In this document: positions 40,001 through 53,439 of the stretch, in pieces
How positions within the stretch are numbered: the stretch's first letter is position 1
Layout: every line of letters starts with the position of its first letter
Program-made: the position numbers and the translations under genes
The notes under the pieces: model-generated
Told to the model about the DNA's origin: nothing
The model's input: only the letters and a program-made list of their open reading frames with translations
The model's database searches: none
From: Geosiphon pyriformis uo1
Taxonomy: Eukaryota; Fungi; Glomeromycota
Direction of reading: 5' to 3'
Assembly: GCA_016748015.1 (NCBI GenBank)
Contig: JAAOMT010000602.1
Location: 62,001-126,000 of the forward strand
Length of the DNA stretch: 64,000 nucleotides

Positions 40001-41194
40001 GTGAATTCTCTTTTGGACCTATAATTTTTATTCGAGAATGAAATTTGAAGATTTAAATTTTCTCTTTACGTGATTTCAATTTCCAAGTCGTAAAGAGGGT
40101 GATATTATAAACTGCTTCCTTCCATTGGCGTTTAGACATAAAATTTTTAAATTTCATGACCCATACCGTTTATTATATAGTACACTCATTTATAAAATAT
40201 TCACCCAAATAATTCTCTTCTAAACTTGTAAAAGTTAGAATTGACATACGTTGGGGAAATTAACCAGTTTTCCTTTAAGCATATATTGCCGATTGATAAT
40301 TTTAGTTAAATTCCATGAAAACTCGGGGGGAGGAGAGGTTAATTTTTTTAAAAATTATTTTTTAACTCCATTAATTCATTTTAAAGAAAATCAGAATAAA
40401 TGATTACATAAATTGATAAAAAAGTATGCATATTCTGAGATATTTTAAAATTATCATTAATTAAAATTCAAAGATTTCAAATATTTTTCGATTAGTTTAA
40501 CACAAAGCAAAAAAAATATTTGCTTGAAAAATATCATTTTAATTTTCTGCTTTTGCTTTTGAGCTTAAAAAATTATATGAATTACATTTCTCATAGGAGA
40601 TTTCGTAATAGGGGAGAAGGGAAATTTGATTTTTGGAAAATTTAGTTAAAGCTATCTTTATACCTGGAAATAGAATTAGTTTAAATTGATAAATTCATCT
40701 CAAATTATATGAGACTTGAAAAAATTCATAATTCACGGCTTCTTTTTTTTTTGTATGTTTGCCGCTAATAAAAATTTGATATTAATCAGTTTTGTTTAGG
40801 TGTGCGAAAAAAATAGATTTTTTTTTTATCATTACACTTTGAAACCAAACTTTAAAATTTTTATATTGCATATTTGTATTGTTACTACTAGGCTTCTTTT
40901 TTTTTAACTCATAAAGACGTATTCCAGTAGTCATTTTGTTTTATTGACTCAAAGTCTAATGAGTTGAAAGGGATAAATTTTGTTTCCTTAGCTCTTAAAT
41001 TTATTCTGTTACATTGTTTTTTCAATAAGTAAAACGAATTAGATTGATGATTTTTAAATTGGGCAAAAATTTCAAAAACATGAAGAAAAGTACCAGACTA
41101 ATTTTAAAAAGTGCAAATTTACAGAGAGCTGTAAATTCCTAGAAATGCCGTTCTTCTAATGCACACAAAAATTTTTGCTAGATAAGTTAAATTG

Positions 41195-41240
<46 letters not shown>

Positions 41241-41333
41241 GATTTTTTGACTGCTATGATTAATTAGGATTTTGATGAAACTAATATGATATTAATATTT
41301 TAATGAATTTTAAACACTATGTAAATGTACGAG

Positions 41334-42011
41334 CTAGTCATATAATTGAAATTCAACTGTCTTGTATGATTCTAGAGACTCTTCTGGGGAAGAAGGTGGT
41401 GAAGGTGGTAAATATGTTTGCTTGGAAGGTTTTAGTTTCTGAAAAGCTGTTAATACTCTACTTTGTGATGATAGTAAGGCTTTTGTTGAGTTTAATGATT
41501 CATGACTAATTCGTGCAATATCTTGAGCGAAAAAATCTGAATATTGCCAATAATTTTGAAGAGGGTCTACGAATGAGGTTATTTTCTTTCGTGGTAATAA
41601 ATATTGGTCGCTGGTATTATGAAGAAGAAGATGATGATGATTATGATGATGCTGTAAGTGAGAACGAGTTCCTGTTAAAGGTACTGTTGGATTCGTGTGG
41701 CAAGATTTTTTTGGTGGTTGAAAAGTGATTAATTGTTGAGCCGGGAAGGATTGCTTCATTAAAAGTTCCCTTGGATCTTTTGAATGCTTTAACTTTGAGC
41801 AAGATAATTTATTTGATGTTTGGGGGACTTGTTTTGATTTTGATACTGGAACTTGATATTGAATAAATTTGAATTCTGTGCATTTGGCTTTGCCTTTCAT
41901 TCCATTTTTTGTTCGTGGTCCAAGCGTGTCAATCGTAAAGTTATCACAAGATTTCTTTTTAAAATTGTTGGTTTGTTCTCTAAAAGTTGAAGTTACTTTT
42001 TGGTTCACCAT
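41334..42011 (-). CDS. Hypothetical Lys/His/Ser/Pro-rich protein (225 aa)
   Basis: Long ATG ORF, GC-richer than its flanks; no known domain recognised. Confidence 0.65.
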   Translation of the reverse strand: MVNQKVTSTFREQTNNFKKKSCDNFTIDTLGPRTKNGMKGKAKCTEFKFIQYQVPVSKSKQVPQTSNKLSCSKLKHSKDPRELLMKQSFPAQQLITFQPPKKSCHTNPTVPLTGTRSHLQHHHNHHHLLLHNTSDQYLLPRKKITSFVDPLQNYWQYSDFFAQDIARISHESLNSTKALLSSQSRVLTAFQKLKPSKQTYLPPSPPSSPEESLESYKTVEFQLYD

Positions 42012-42646
42012 CTCTGAATTTTTGTAAGATTTAAAAAATATAAAACGTTTGAATTATTTTCGTTGTTGATTCTTGGTAAAAACTTATTTTAATCGTTTTC
42101 CTTTGCGTGTGTATGTATGTGTGTGTGTGTGTGTGTGGACCGCTTTTTTATCCTTTCAGAGTAACTTAATTGCTTAATCAATTGAATTTTACGATGGAAA
42201 TAGTTGGACTTTTAGGTTCAGTTTTATAGATATCCAGAGGAATATCTTAAATAACAAGAGATTCTTCAAATTAATAGCGAGGGTCGGTTATTATTGAAAT
42301 GCAGATAGGATTGTCACCGAGTCGAATTCTTTAAACGATTTTCAAAGTATCACAAATAATTTCCTTTCTGCACTAAATGTAATTAAGTGGTTGGGAATAA
42401 TATGTTACTTACTGTTTCGGGTTCATGTATACGTTATGCTAAACTAAATTAAGAAGATCTTGTCTATTACTCATTGGTTCCAACTTTTTTGAAATATATC
42501 ATAAAGAATTTCCGTGCCTTTATTCGGATTATTGACAACGGGCCACGCGTTTTGAGTTTGTTAATATATCAGGCAAGCCTTCATGCTAAAAAATTTGATA
42601 GGAACTAAGGGAATTCCATCATTATCATCTAGTTTTTGTTTTTGAA

Positions 42647-42679
<33 letters not shown>

Positions 42680-43226
42680 CTAGACGATGAACGATGATGA
42701 ACAATGATGACGATTGGGATAAGGATAATAATTATGAGGGTCAAATAAAACCGAGAAACTCATTTTTAAAAATTCCCCGAATATTCATTCAGGAATGGTA
42801 TCGATATGTTTTTCTTGTCAATAATTTTTTTAGGAAATCTCAAAGGGTAGATATATGATCTTGATTCCATTGACATGAAAATCTTTTTTGATTCCAATTA
42901 TAACTGGTTTTTTCCCCCCCTTTTTTTCAAGATTATTGTTTATAGGTGAAGGATTTCTATATTAGCTCTTGACATTCAAAGTTAAGATTTTCTTTGATTA
43001 TCATGAGTTTTTCAGTATAATTTTTCTCAACTATCTGACGAAACCAAGGAAAAAATTTTTTTTCTTATTAGGTAAGATAAAGTTTCTTAATATAATGTGG
43101 CACATGTTTGTCATTTAACTATATAAAAACCGATTGATTATAAAATTTTCTAAAACTTTCTTCTAGAACTGTTTTTCATGGAAAAAATGGAAAATTATTT
43201 GATTTCTTTAAAAAGTTATAAAAGAA

Positions 43227-43277
<51 letters not shown>

Positions 43278-45812
43278 ATAAAAGTAAAAGTGTACCTATC
43301 ATCAAATCTCTTCATTCTCTAAAACAAGATTAGAAATAATTTTTTTTAATTTCTATTGGTATTTTGATTTCGAATAGAATAAAATCCATTCATGCTATAT
43401 AGTCTATCAAAAATTTTCACATTACAAAAAGGAAGAGGATTGCGGAAATTTTCTTCTTAAATCCAAAAAGATCCTCAGATTTATTACGATCTTATTATGA
43501 TTGCTTTATTTGTATTCCGATTTCGAACTTATCCGGAATTTCAAAAAAGTCTTATTGACACTACATTATACATCCTCCCATATGTAAAACTGTTGCATAT
43601 CAAGTTTATTTTTGCTGCTCATTGATTATTAAGATCAAAAGGCTTTTAGAATAAATACTCAAAATTCTAGTCCATCCATCCATCTATCCATCCATCCATT
43701 CATTCATCAATTCATCAATTCATCCATTCATCCATCATTTCTTTTACCTTCGTCTAATTATAATAAGCCCTTAAATTTGAATTTCAAAAATAAATGGCTC
43801 ATAATAACTTTTCCATTGGATTAAAAAGAAAGTTGGACAGTTCTTAGATCAGCAAAGTAAGGAGGATTTAAAACTTTTTTAATTTGTTAACCCATTTTTT
43901 CCTAGATCAATTGGTTCCTTAGCACAATATTAGAAAGACTCTCAACATAATAATAAAGGCTAAATCGGCCGAAAAATTAAATATTGCTTACCAAGGAATT
44001 TTTGATAAATTTTGTGCCTCTTCATTAATTCATTGATTAATTTTTAAAAAAGCTTGTTAAATAATTTTAGGAAAATTTTAAATTCCCAACTTTCAAAGCT
44101 TTTTCAATATGGTAACTCAAATCAAATATGTACCTTCTATGTTGAATGAGAAGAAAATCTTTTTTTATTTTTATTTTTTTATTTGGAAATTATTTAAATT
44201 TCTATAACACATGGATATTATTATTGCATGAACTCAATTTTCCGAAATTTCGAAAATTTCCAATGTTTGACCATGTGGAATGAAAACGCATGACACCCCG
44301 CTCAGACCATCTCCCAATCATGGTGTCGAAAAGATACATGCAGTGTTGATCAGCTCGTGGGAAGATTTTTCTAAAACTATCCATAATTTGAAAAATGCTG
44401 ATTATGGCATTAGAATTCTCTTTAAAAAAGCCACAACATTTTAAATATTCGGTGTGTCCCACGCTAAGATTTTCAACAGTCTTAATTTACGGAAACATGT
44501 TCTTTCGTGTTACAGGTATTTTTTTTCTAAAAAAAAGTTAGATTTTTCGACTCCCCAAATTGTCTCGACCAAACCCCAAGCTTTTGAGAGCACTTGATTG
44601 TCAAAAAAGTCACCCCCTGGCATAACAATGAATTCTTTATGCTACATCGTACAATTAAAAATTATTTGACATTCAAGCCATTTTATTTGATCCCACTTTT
44701 ATTAAATACATTTAAAGGCCATAAGTAGAAAAAAAAACTTGGCAAAAAGTATTCATGTAATTACTAATACTCTTTTGCCTTTCATTACTAAAGAATTTTC
44801 GAATCGGATTTTCTGAAATTATTCTCAAGCAAGTCCGCTGATATTAATAATGCGCAGCACATCAATGATCGGGCGTAATGATAAAGTTTTTTTTCCCTAT
44901 AAGACATTCCTTTTTCTCCAGATAATCTTGCAGATGAGAAGTTCGATGAAAAATAACGTCTTTTAATAATCTTGAAACTCATTTTTTCATGGGTATTATT
45001 GCCATGTCATTATATTTTTGTATAGGATTATCATCATCTACAATCTTATTTTAATATTGTTTTAATTGCCTTTATTAACGAATCAGTTTTGCTGAAAAAG
45101 TTTCGTAATTGCTTTCTTTATTCGAGATTGCGCTTTTGTTTCTCTATATTACCAATTCAAATGTATGTATGATGCATAATTTTACCTAAAATACAAAAAT
45201 CTTGACGTTAAAGTGCCTTTAATGAATAAAAAAAATTGATCATCGGTTTCAGCTGAAACTTCATTTGTGTTGCTCTGGGTGGGTATACTACTTGAGAGAT
45301 TTCTTTTCTGACGAAAGGTAAAGAAAGATGAACTTCGCCTGTCTCTATTTGGGAGCTATTTGATTTAAGAAATGGAATGGGCAAACAAATAAAAACCTGG
45401 TTGAAGTAGGGACCCATGATAAGCCTAAGTTTAAATTCTCAAATTATTTATCTCTCTCATCTAACTACCGAGTCATATACTTACTATACATTAAATTTAC
45501 GACAATATCTTTCTTATCAGAAGGGGTTTCACAATTAATATGGTTTTAGATTGAGATATAATCCGCTATTGCAGAATTGTTTGATGTGAAAAGAGGGTTT
45601 TCGCCAATTTAGTAAACAAGGGCCCCGATAAATAGTTCATCTTTCTGACTGGTGGAATACACGCGATTCCGTGACAGTTGCAAACAAAAACATCTCCGAA
45701 GAATCCCGTTTTTGAATCTAGACACCAATTTATATGTCCCAATAAAAGTAAAACCAGAATTTTCCGCAATCTTTATTTTACATTGAGCAATTACTCATTC
45801 CTTTTTTTCTTT

Positions 45813-45814
<2 letters not shown>

Positions 45815-45883
<69 letters not shown>

Positions 45884-45903
45884 NNNNNNNNNNNNNNNNN
45901 NNN

Positions 45904-45955
<52 letters not shown>
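45815..45955. other. Scaffold gap (20 N, 45884-45903) inside a long poly(T)
   Basis: N run flanked by homopolymer. Confidence 0.95.
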
Positions 45956-48168
45956 CTAAGCAAACAACGAGTATCTCCTTTACAAATATTCGATCCTGAG
46001 GTCTGTCGATTTCATTATACAAAACCAAATATTCAATTATTAGCCGTTAATAGTACAAATCTCCCCTTTTTCTTAATTCATTTGAAGATGAAATTAGGAT
46101 TATAGGAAAATATTAGAAGACTAGTAAATTACTCTTTTTGATTGAGAAACACAGGTGATCTGAACCTCTTGAAAATATGTAATTTTATAAAGATGAGATA
46201 TTTCAAAGATTATAGTCCATATAAAAATCATCCCGATGATATATTTACTGAGGAAAAAAATATTTTGGTATTCAAAAACTTAATACGATTCAAAAACAAG
46301 GAAGTCTCCGAATCTTATAGCCACACCACATTCTAGTATGCCGGAAAAAAAGGGGTTAGCGTTTTATTAATTTTAGAATAAAATAAAATAAAATAATTCT
46401 CTACTGAATAGTATATAAATAAATTCATATTTTTAAATTGAGCTCAACACATGGAAAGTTAATGGAAATGTTAATTTTAAAAATTGATCCCTTTTATCCT
46501 CAAAAAGGATTATATTATAAGGGGCAAAAAATTTATTGAAGTTTAAATAACAAAGAATAAAATACTTTATTATTTTATCAATATCTTTTGAGGGTCCGAT
46601 AACTATATTTGCCCGAAAATTGATTAATCATATCACATGAGCTGGAAAATAATCAATTTCTCAAAATAGCTTTGACTATTTTAATATTTTATAACAGTTA
46701 TCCTTTTCCGTGTTAAAAATGTAATGCAAAAAAAAAAAAATTGATTTTTCTCACAACAAAAGGAATTAATTTCGGAGCTTATGTATAAGAAATTTTATAG
46801 TTTTTATATATAACAATGATTTCTTTCTCTTTTTTGGATCAAAAACTCGACAGACTTGTTACCTCTGAAAAATCTTTTCCTTCCTAGTCTCAAATTTAAG
46901 AAAAGCTTTTTTTTTTAAATTTAAAGGTTCAATATTTGTCCAAACTTTTCACGTTCTCAGGTATTTTTTTAAAATTGGTTGAGAAAAAAAAAATTTTTTT
47001 CTTTTGTTCCGAGAAGAAAACTCATTTAATAAAACACGGCTATTTGTTTTAGATTTTCTAAATTTAAAGTAATGTATGAATGAAAAAAAAAAAAAAAAGG
47101 CCTAGTTAATATCAGAAACCTTTTCACAAGAATAATTGATAAAGTGATCCACAAATAAGAATTCATCTATAGTATTCTGTTGGATATAAAACATTCTTGG
47201 GGAATTAATGTACTGGTCATCAAAGAAATTGCACAAAGGATAACTTGTAGAACATTCAGAATTCTTGCAATTTCTACAAGGAGCAGTCAATAGAAAATTT
47301 TAATTTATCTGACATCAAAAACCTCTTCCTTTAAAATCTGGTCTCCTTGTCCCAAAAGACACCAATAACGCTGAAAATTTTACATCTTTAAACAAGATGC
47401 AACCTTTTTAAGCCTTCAATCTTCTAACTCACCTATCAATAATTAAACTTGTATTTAAATTTTTTTTATCATACCTCAATTGTACTTCAATATTACAGTT
47501 CTGATTTGCAATTGAACTAAATTTATAGGTCTAAAGTTTCCCATCTTGCGTTTTGCGATATTCACATTGATTAAATTCGTTCCCAGATATTGTAACTATC
47601 AACTGTCAATTTAAATTATATGTTTTCGCTCAAGTTTTTGTTCCAAATAAGTCTTAAATTAACTTGGTATAAACATTTCTTTCTAAAATATTTGTTTACT
47701 CGCAACTAAGGTTGTGAGAGTATGATAATTAGTGAAGTCTGCAAAATCTGAAATTTATGTATTTGGGCATCGCATTATTCTCAATTCATGCTATACTTTT
47801 TTTGATTTTTTTGTTTTCAGGAAAGAGTAGCATTTGGGAATTTTTATTGATCAAAATAGATCAAGTTTGTTTAAATGATGATGTCATGTAACCCTAAATG
47901 ATCTATTTTGAAACGTCACAATGAAAATGTCTTTCATTTTTTGGGTGTTACAAATAATAAGTTTAGACCATTTATGCCTTATACCTGTTTGAAATTCTAT
48001 CATTTTTGGTTTGATGTCCTGGATACAAAGAAGTTCTAACTTTTCGTATCACCTCAACCCAATTAAAAAGAGGAGAAACCCTTTGCACCAATGATAAAAC
48101 TTAATTTATTTTTGTCAATTTTTAAATCGAAACTTTTCGAAATTGAAATTGAAATTAATTAGTAAAAG

Positions 48169-49334
48169 ATGGGCAATTTCTGCTGCTGTTTTGTGGAAGA
48201 AGAACAAACAAAGCCATTAATGCTACGTTCTCAGTTATTGGCCAGGCAAGGGTATCAATCTATTAATGAAAGTGCCATTTTTGACAAGTCTCTACACGAG
48301 AGGCTTCGAGTAAATCATCAAGTATGGCAGCATTTTTGGGATTGTGATTTTATCTCCCCTGTTCAAGTGAATTTTCAATATGATGCTGCAGTATTAGATT
48401 CCGGGTAATTAATCTTCACTTTCTATTAATATTTACTTACTCGAAATTAATCCTTTGTACATTCATCCGACATTCTTACTTTTTTCGTTTCAAATTAAAG
48501 CTGTGGCTCAGGAGAATGGATATTAGGCATGTCAGCTAAATATCCGAATGTTACATTTACGGGAATAGATATAACACGTTCGATGTTCCCTAGAGGAGAA
48601 TTTCCATTCAAGATCCATTTCTCTCAATGTGACATATTAGACGAACTTCATTATTTGGATGGGACATTTGACTTGGTACATCAAAGACACATGTGTGATG
48701 CTTTTACGAAACAAATGTGGAATGATCATGTTATTAAAGAATTAGCGAGAGTTACAAAACCTGGAGGTTGGCTTGAATGTGTTGAACCAGATGTTGGTTT
48801 TATAGGTGATGGGCCTGCAACTCAACGGCTTTCAGATGCTGGTATTTTACATAACTTTTTTGAAATCATTAAACATCATTTAAAACTTTATTAATCCAAC
48901 TTTTTTCATATTCAAACTTGATAGTTCAGTTATATTGTCAAAATCAAGGAATGATTGTATTTCCCAGCAAAGAATTACCTCTATTGCTAGAAATTAATGG
49001 TCTAGAAAATGTACAGGTTCAAGAGAAAGATATTGTTTTAGGAAAAAGATCAGGAAGATACGGTGAAATGGTGAGTGATGGAAATTTTTAATTGAACACT
49101 TTTTAAAGCAAATTGTGGTTTGGCTCTTAATAAAATTATTTTTTTTAGGCTTTGAAAAGTAATATAGTGAGATTAATGGCACTCAAACCTTCAATAAAAA
49201 CAACATTAGGAATTACCGATAAAGAGTTCAATGAACTTATTGAGACTTTTAAAAGAGAGGTCGTCGAATCACCTGTAAATTGGAAGACTTACCGAATTAT
49301 TGGACAGAAAGAATTTTCCCGAAATTTTTTTTAG
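48169..49334 (+). CDS. Class I SAM-dependent methyltransferase, LaeA/TAM-like (paralog B); exons 48169-48404, 48501-48841, 48925-49070, 49149-49334
   Basis: VLDSGCGSGEW, GIDIT, FDLVHQR, RVTKPGGWLE; intron positions and phases (2,1,0) identical to paralog A. Confidence 0.92.
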
Positions 49335-51602
49335 AAAAGTTTTCTATAATATAATAAATAAATTTTTGTAATTTTTTATTGAATTAAAAACTCTCCAAGA
49401 AGTCTTGGGAAGAAAATAAAGTATCAAAATTGGAAAGTACACATATTAAATTGAGGGATGCAAGCCTAAAAAGTTTATTAAAATCCTTTTTTTTACCAAT
49501 TGAATAGTAACAATGAATGCTGTTTAAATGTAATGAAACCTACTTCTTAAAACCTACAAAAAAGAATAAATTATGGGGATCGTACATCACTGACGTAATT
49601 TTAACTGTACTAAGTATTACGATCAGGGTTTTGATAAGCTAAATATTTAAAAGAAGTCAAATGAAAAACCTTCTCTGGCTACCTTTGTTTTTTGTCACTA
49701 GTGTGGAATCAGTTATCTAACATTGACTGTCTGAAAAATCACAAAGATAGTTAGTTTGCTCAGGATGCTCCGGTTAGAGTTTGCAGATCATGAAGCTCAT
49801 ATCCGAGATTTGCTATCTTTCTTTTTTCTCATTCAAAAACTTGATAAATCTGATAGAATATACAAAAGAACAGGAGATCAACAAAATTCATGGGGCTATA
49901 TTTTTGATCAAGTGACAAAGATTTAATTAAGTTTAATATTGTGGATATCAAGGATTATTCACTTAACAATAGAAAAGTCTTTCAAAACGACAAGCTTATG
50001 TCAGGAGAAAAAACTTTTTAGATATTATCGTTTGAACTTTTCAACCAAGTTTTGCTTTATGTTTAAACAAATGAAAAGGTTTAGACTCAAATATTACAAT
50101 CAAAAAAATTTCAAAGACATATTAGATGATACGCTTCCCAGCTTATTTGTATACCAACCTTTATTAAGTATAGACAATGATGTCAATGGGAAATGATAAA
50201 ACTTGGATAACACATATTTATAACCGAATATTCTTTAAAAGGTCTTTGAAATTTAGCCAAGTAATTTATAAAATATAAATTGTTTGACTAATCGCAGAAA
50301 CAGAACCAATTAAAGAAACCGAAAACGCTTTTGCCACACGATAATCATAAATTCAGGGTGAGAAACTCCCAATATTAAATATAATCAAGCTTTACCAATT
50401 TTAACATTTTACGTTTAAATTATATCTTAATAAAAAGCATAGAGAAAAATCTAAATTAGACGCTAGCTTTTCTTTTCTTTTTTCTTTTTTTTTTCAGTTA
50501 AAAGAATATTTTTAATTTACTACACCATAAAAAAAAGATTTTAAACGATTATTAAAATTTTATTAATTAAACGGTAGTTAAAGAACCAGGTCTTAAAGTA
50601 TAATTATTTTTATGATGTGAAAAATAAGTCAATCAATCTAACAAGATTTAAGTATATTCATTTAATTGAACAAAATTTAATCTAACCTAATTTAAATTAA
50701 CCCGTAAACAATTGAGAATAAATTTTTGCCAAATGAAAATATGAGAAAATTTTAGAATGGGAACTTGAAAAGTTAGCCTACTTTTTTATTAAAGATGAAA
50801 TAGAATTAATGAATCACTTAATCCCCCTCAAAAAGCTATCTTTCATAAAAAGTTAATTAGATTAACTAGCATTTGTGTAAATAAGAATATTTGTAAGAGA
50901 AATTTATGAAATTTCAAAGATTGTGAAGGATATTTCTTAACATAAATGATAATCTCATTTTTATCATTAAAAAAATCTTTGAGAATCCAAGTATTCATCA
51001 GCGAAAAGATGCGAAAAACTGAAATTTCAATCAAATAAACATGAATTTTAATTTTGACTAATAAAATTATGGTTATTTCTGAGCGGTATTTCTATTAATT
51101 AAAAATTTATTTGTAAAAAACTCCTTTCATCAAGGATTTAATTTACAAATGATAAACATTACAAAAACTGTCGTCATCTTCAGATAAAATATTCAAAATA
51201 AAATACATAAATAATTAAAGAAAACTTGTAAAAAAGTTTTCTTTCAAAATTAATTCAAGGTTTGCTCTGTAGAGAATGAACATAGAAATAGATTTACATA
51301 CGGGATGATCTTAGAAACAATAGTTTTTCTTTCAAAGAAAGTTCACACATTAAAAACGTGCAATACGCGTATCATAATTTGTCAAAAAGATTGCGCAAAA
51401 TAATACTTTTTAATTTTGGTCCAGTGATATAAGTAAACAAGTACATGTGTAAAGGCTAATTTTTACAAGAATTCAAGGGTTTTTCCTTAAAAAAATTATA
51501 TATCTACGAGAGGAATTAAAGGGTCATTAATTTATTATCTATAAAATAAAATGAGAAATTTATAAATTATATAATACATTCTCAAGTAAGGTTTTTGATA
51601 GC

Positions 51603-52406
51603 TTAATACAAATATTGCTCCGATACTTTTTGGGCACATATTCTGTAGATTTTCCTTGGAGAACCAAAGAACCCAGCATCTAGCACATATTCTTGCTCAA
51701 GCTGTATCTTTTGAAATTGACCTAAAAAAAAGAACAAAAATACCAAATTAGCCTTGTTTTCTAAATAATCAATTTTAAAATTGCAAAGATAAACAAAAAC
51801 AAAATTTTTACCTGATTTTATAAGTTCCGTTATTAATTTATTTTGAGTTAATACGAGTTCAACCCACCCGTAAAGCATAGTAACTCCAATTAGTTCTTTG
51901 AGAATTTCTTTTGTTTCTTGGACTGAAAATTGTGGTCCACCGATATTGTTGTACCTCACATAATCGAATGTTCCAAGATTTCTTGGAAGTCGATTTAGTG
52001 ATGTTATGGTTTCAAAACAAGAATTTTGGGGTTTGACATTTAAAGGGTGAAGCTTTCTCGTATCTATTCCTATAAATGTTGATGCCGGAAAGTTTGACGC
52101 CATTTCACAAATCCATGTGCCTGCTCCACATCTAGCAAAATGAAAATCATAGGTTTATTAGAGAAAGAAAAATTTGAGACTTTTAGCAAGCTTAAAAATA
52201 AATGGGTGTTTGTATACATACCCCACATCCAAAACTTTTTTTCCTATCTCTAGATGGTCTTTTATTGGTGCTAAAAAGTTATTTCCCCAGATTTGTCTCA
52301 GCAAGAAATGGGCAGCGTGTAAACGATCAATTTTCTGTTCGAGTGTACGAGATTTATATGAATTGGCAAAGAAATTTCGATATCTTTGTTGTTTTACTAG
52401 TTTCAT
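51603..52406 (-). CDS. Divergent, internally shortened class I SAM methyltransferase (paralog C); exons 52406-52222, 52131-51812, 51721-51603
   Basis: VLDVGCGAGTW split by the same phase-2 intron as A and B; GIDTR, FDYVR, GWVE, C-terminal YRICAQK. Confidence 0.8.
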
Positions 52407-53387
52407 GTTGTTTTTGAGAATTATCGTGTGATCTGAGGGCTTTTTGTTATCAAAAGAAAAATGGAGAGCTTTGAGAATGATCGGAAATTTTTTGTCCTTA
52501 TAAAATTTTCAAGAAGCTAAGAAATAATTCATTGAAAGCCTCAATAAATATAGCATTTTAATAGAAACTTACCCTTCAAATGAGAAAGAAAATCTTTTCC
52601 GGAACAAAAGTTCGGCAGACGTAAATTCCTTTTTCCGTTCATAAATTTGAACAAGGTCGAAATGTTTGTTTACTTGTATCGATATTTCACCCTTAATAAA
52701 ATTCCCTAAAAGAGCAAATTTTGATGATCATTCCCTAGAAACCAGGCTTTAAGCCTCTGACGTAATTGATAATTCCCAGAGAGAAATACTTGGATTTCGG
52801 CGATTGTCGGCTTGCCATCAAGGTGAATCTTATGATCTGTGTATATGTCATAAAATAATTTTTTCAATGTGACTTGTAATTTACAAAAAGAAAAATTTTG
52901 ATACCCTTCCAAAAAGTTTATAAATGGTTCAAATTGTTCAAAATATTTACCCTAATAATAAGACTTTTACCTCGGGGAGTTGCATGCTTAAAAGACTAAC
53001 CATTCCGAAGCGCTTGGAAAAAAAAAATTTCGGTCAAGCATTTGATTAACGTTTTTTTCATTGGTTATGAAGAGCTAAATTTTAAATTTTATTAATTTTT
53101 GTTTATAAGGTGAAGCTCTAAGTGGTTAAATCAAATGATCTTTCTTTTATTAGAGGCTAAAAATTATTGCACCACATAGGAACAATGGTTAAAGTATTTT
53201 GCGGATCTAGTCTTTTCTTCATTTAACTCATCTCAAAAAATGGATCATTTGCCACGTTTCCCCTTTTTTTTAATGCAAACTAAAAAGGCAGATCTTTTTA
53301 AAGTATGTATATTTCAAAAGCTAAAGGTGGTTATGAGAGAAAAATGTCTATTTGTAAAAGAGCGGCTATGTTGATTTCAATGGTAAC

Positions 53388-53439
<52 letters not shown>

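Noticed and set aside
45678-46028. Poly-Phe/poly-Lys ORFs
   Set aside because: Artefacts of the homopolymer and N gap
47102-47440. Cys-containing minus-strand ORF fragment (CRNCKNSEC)
   Set aside because: No ATG start, upstream stops, no family recognised
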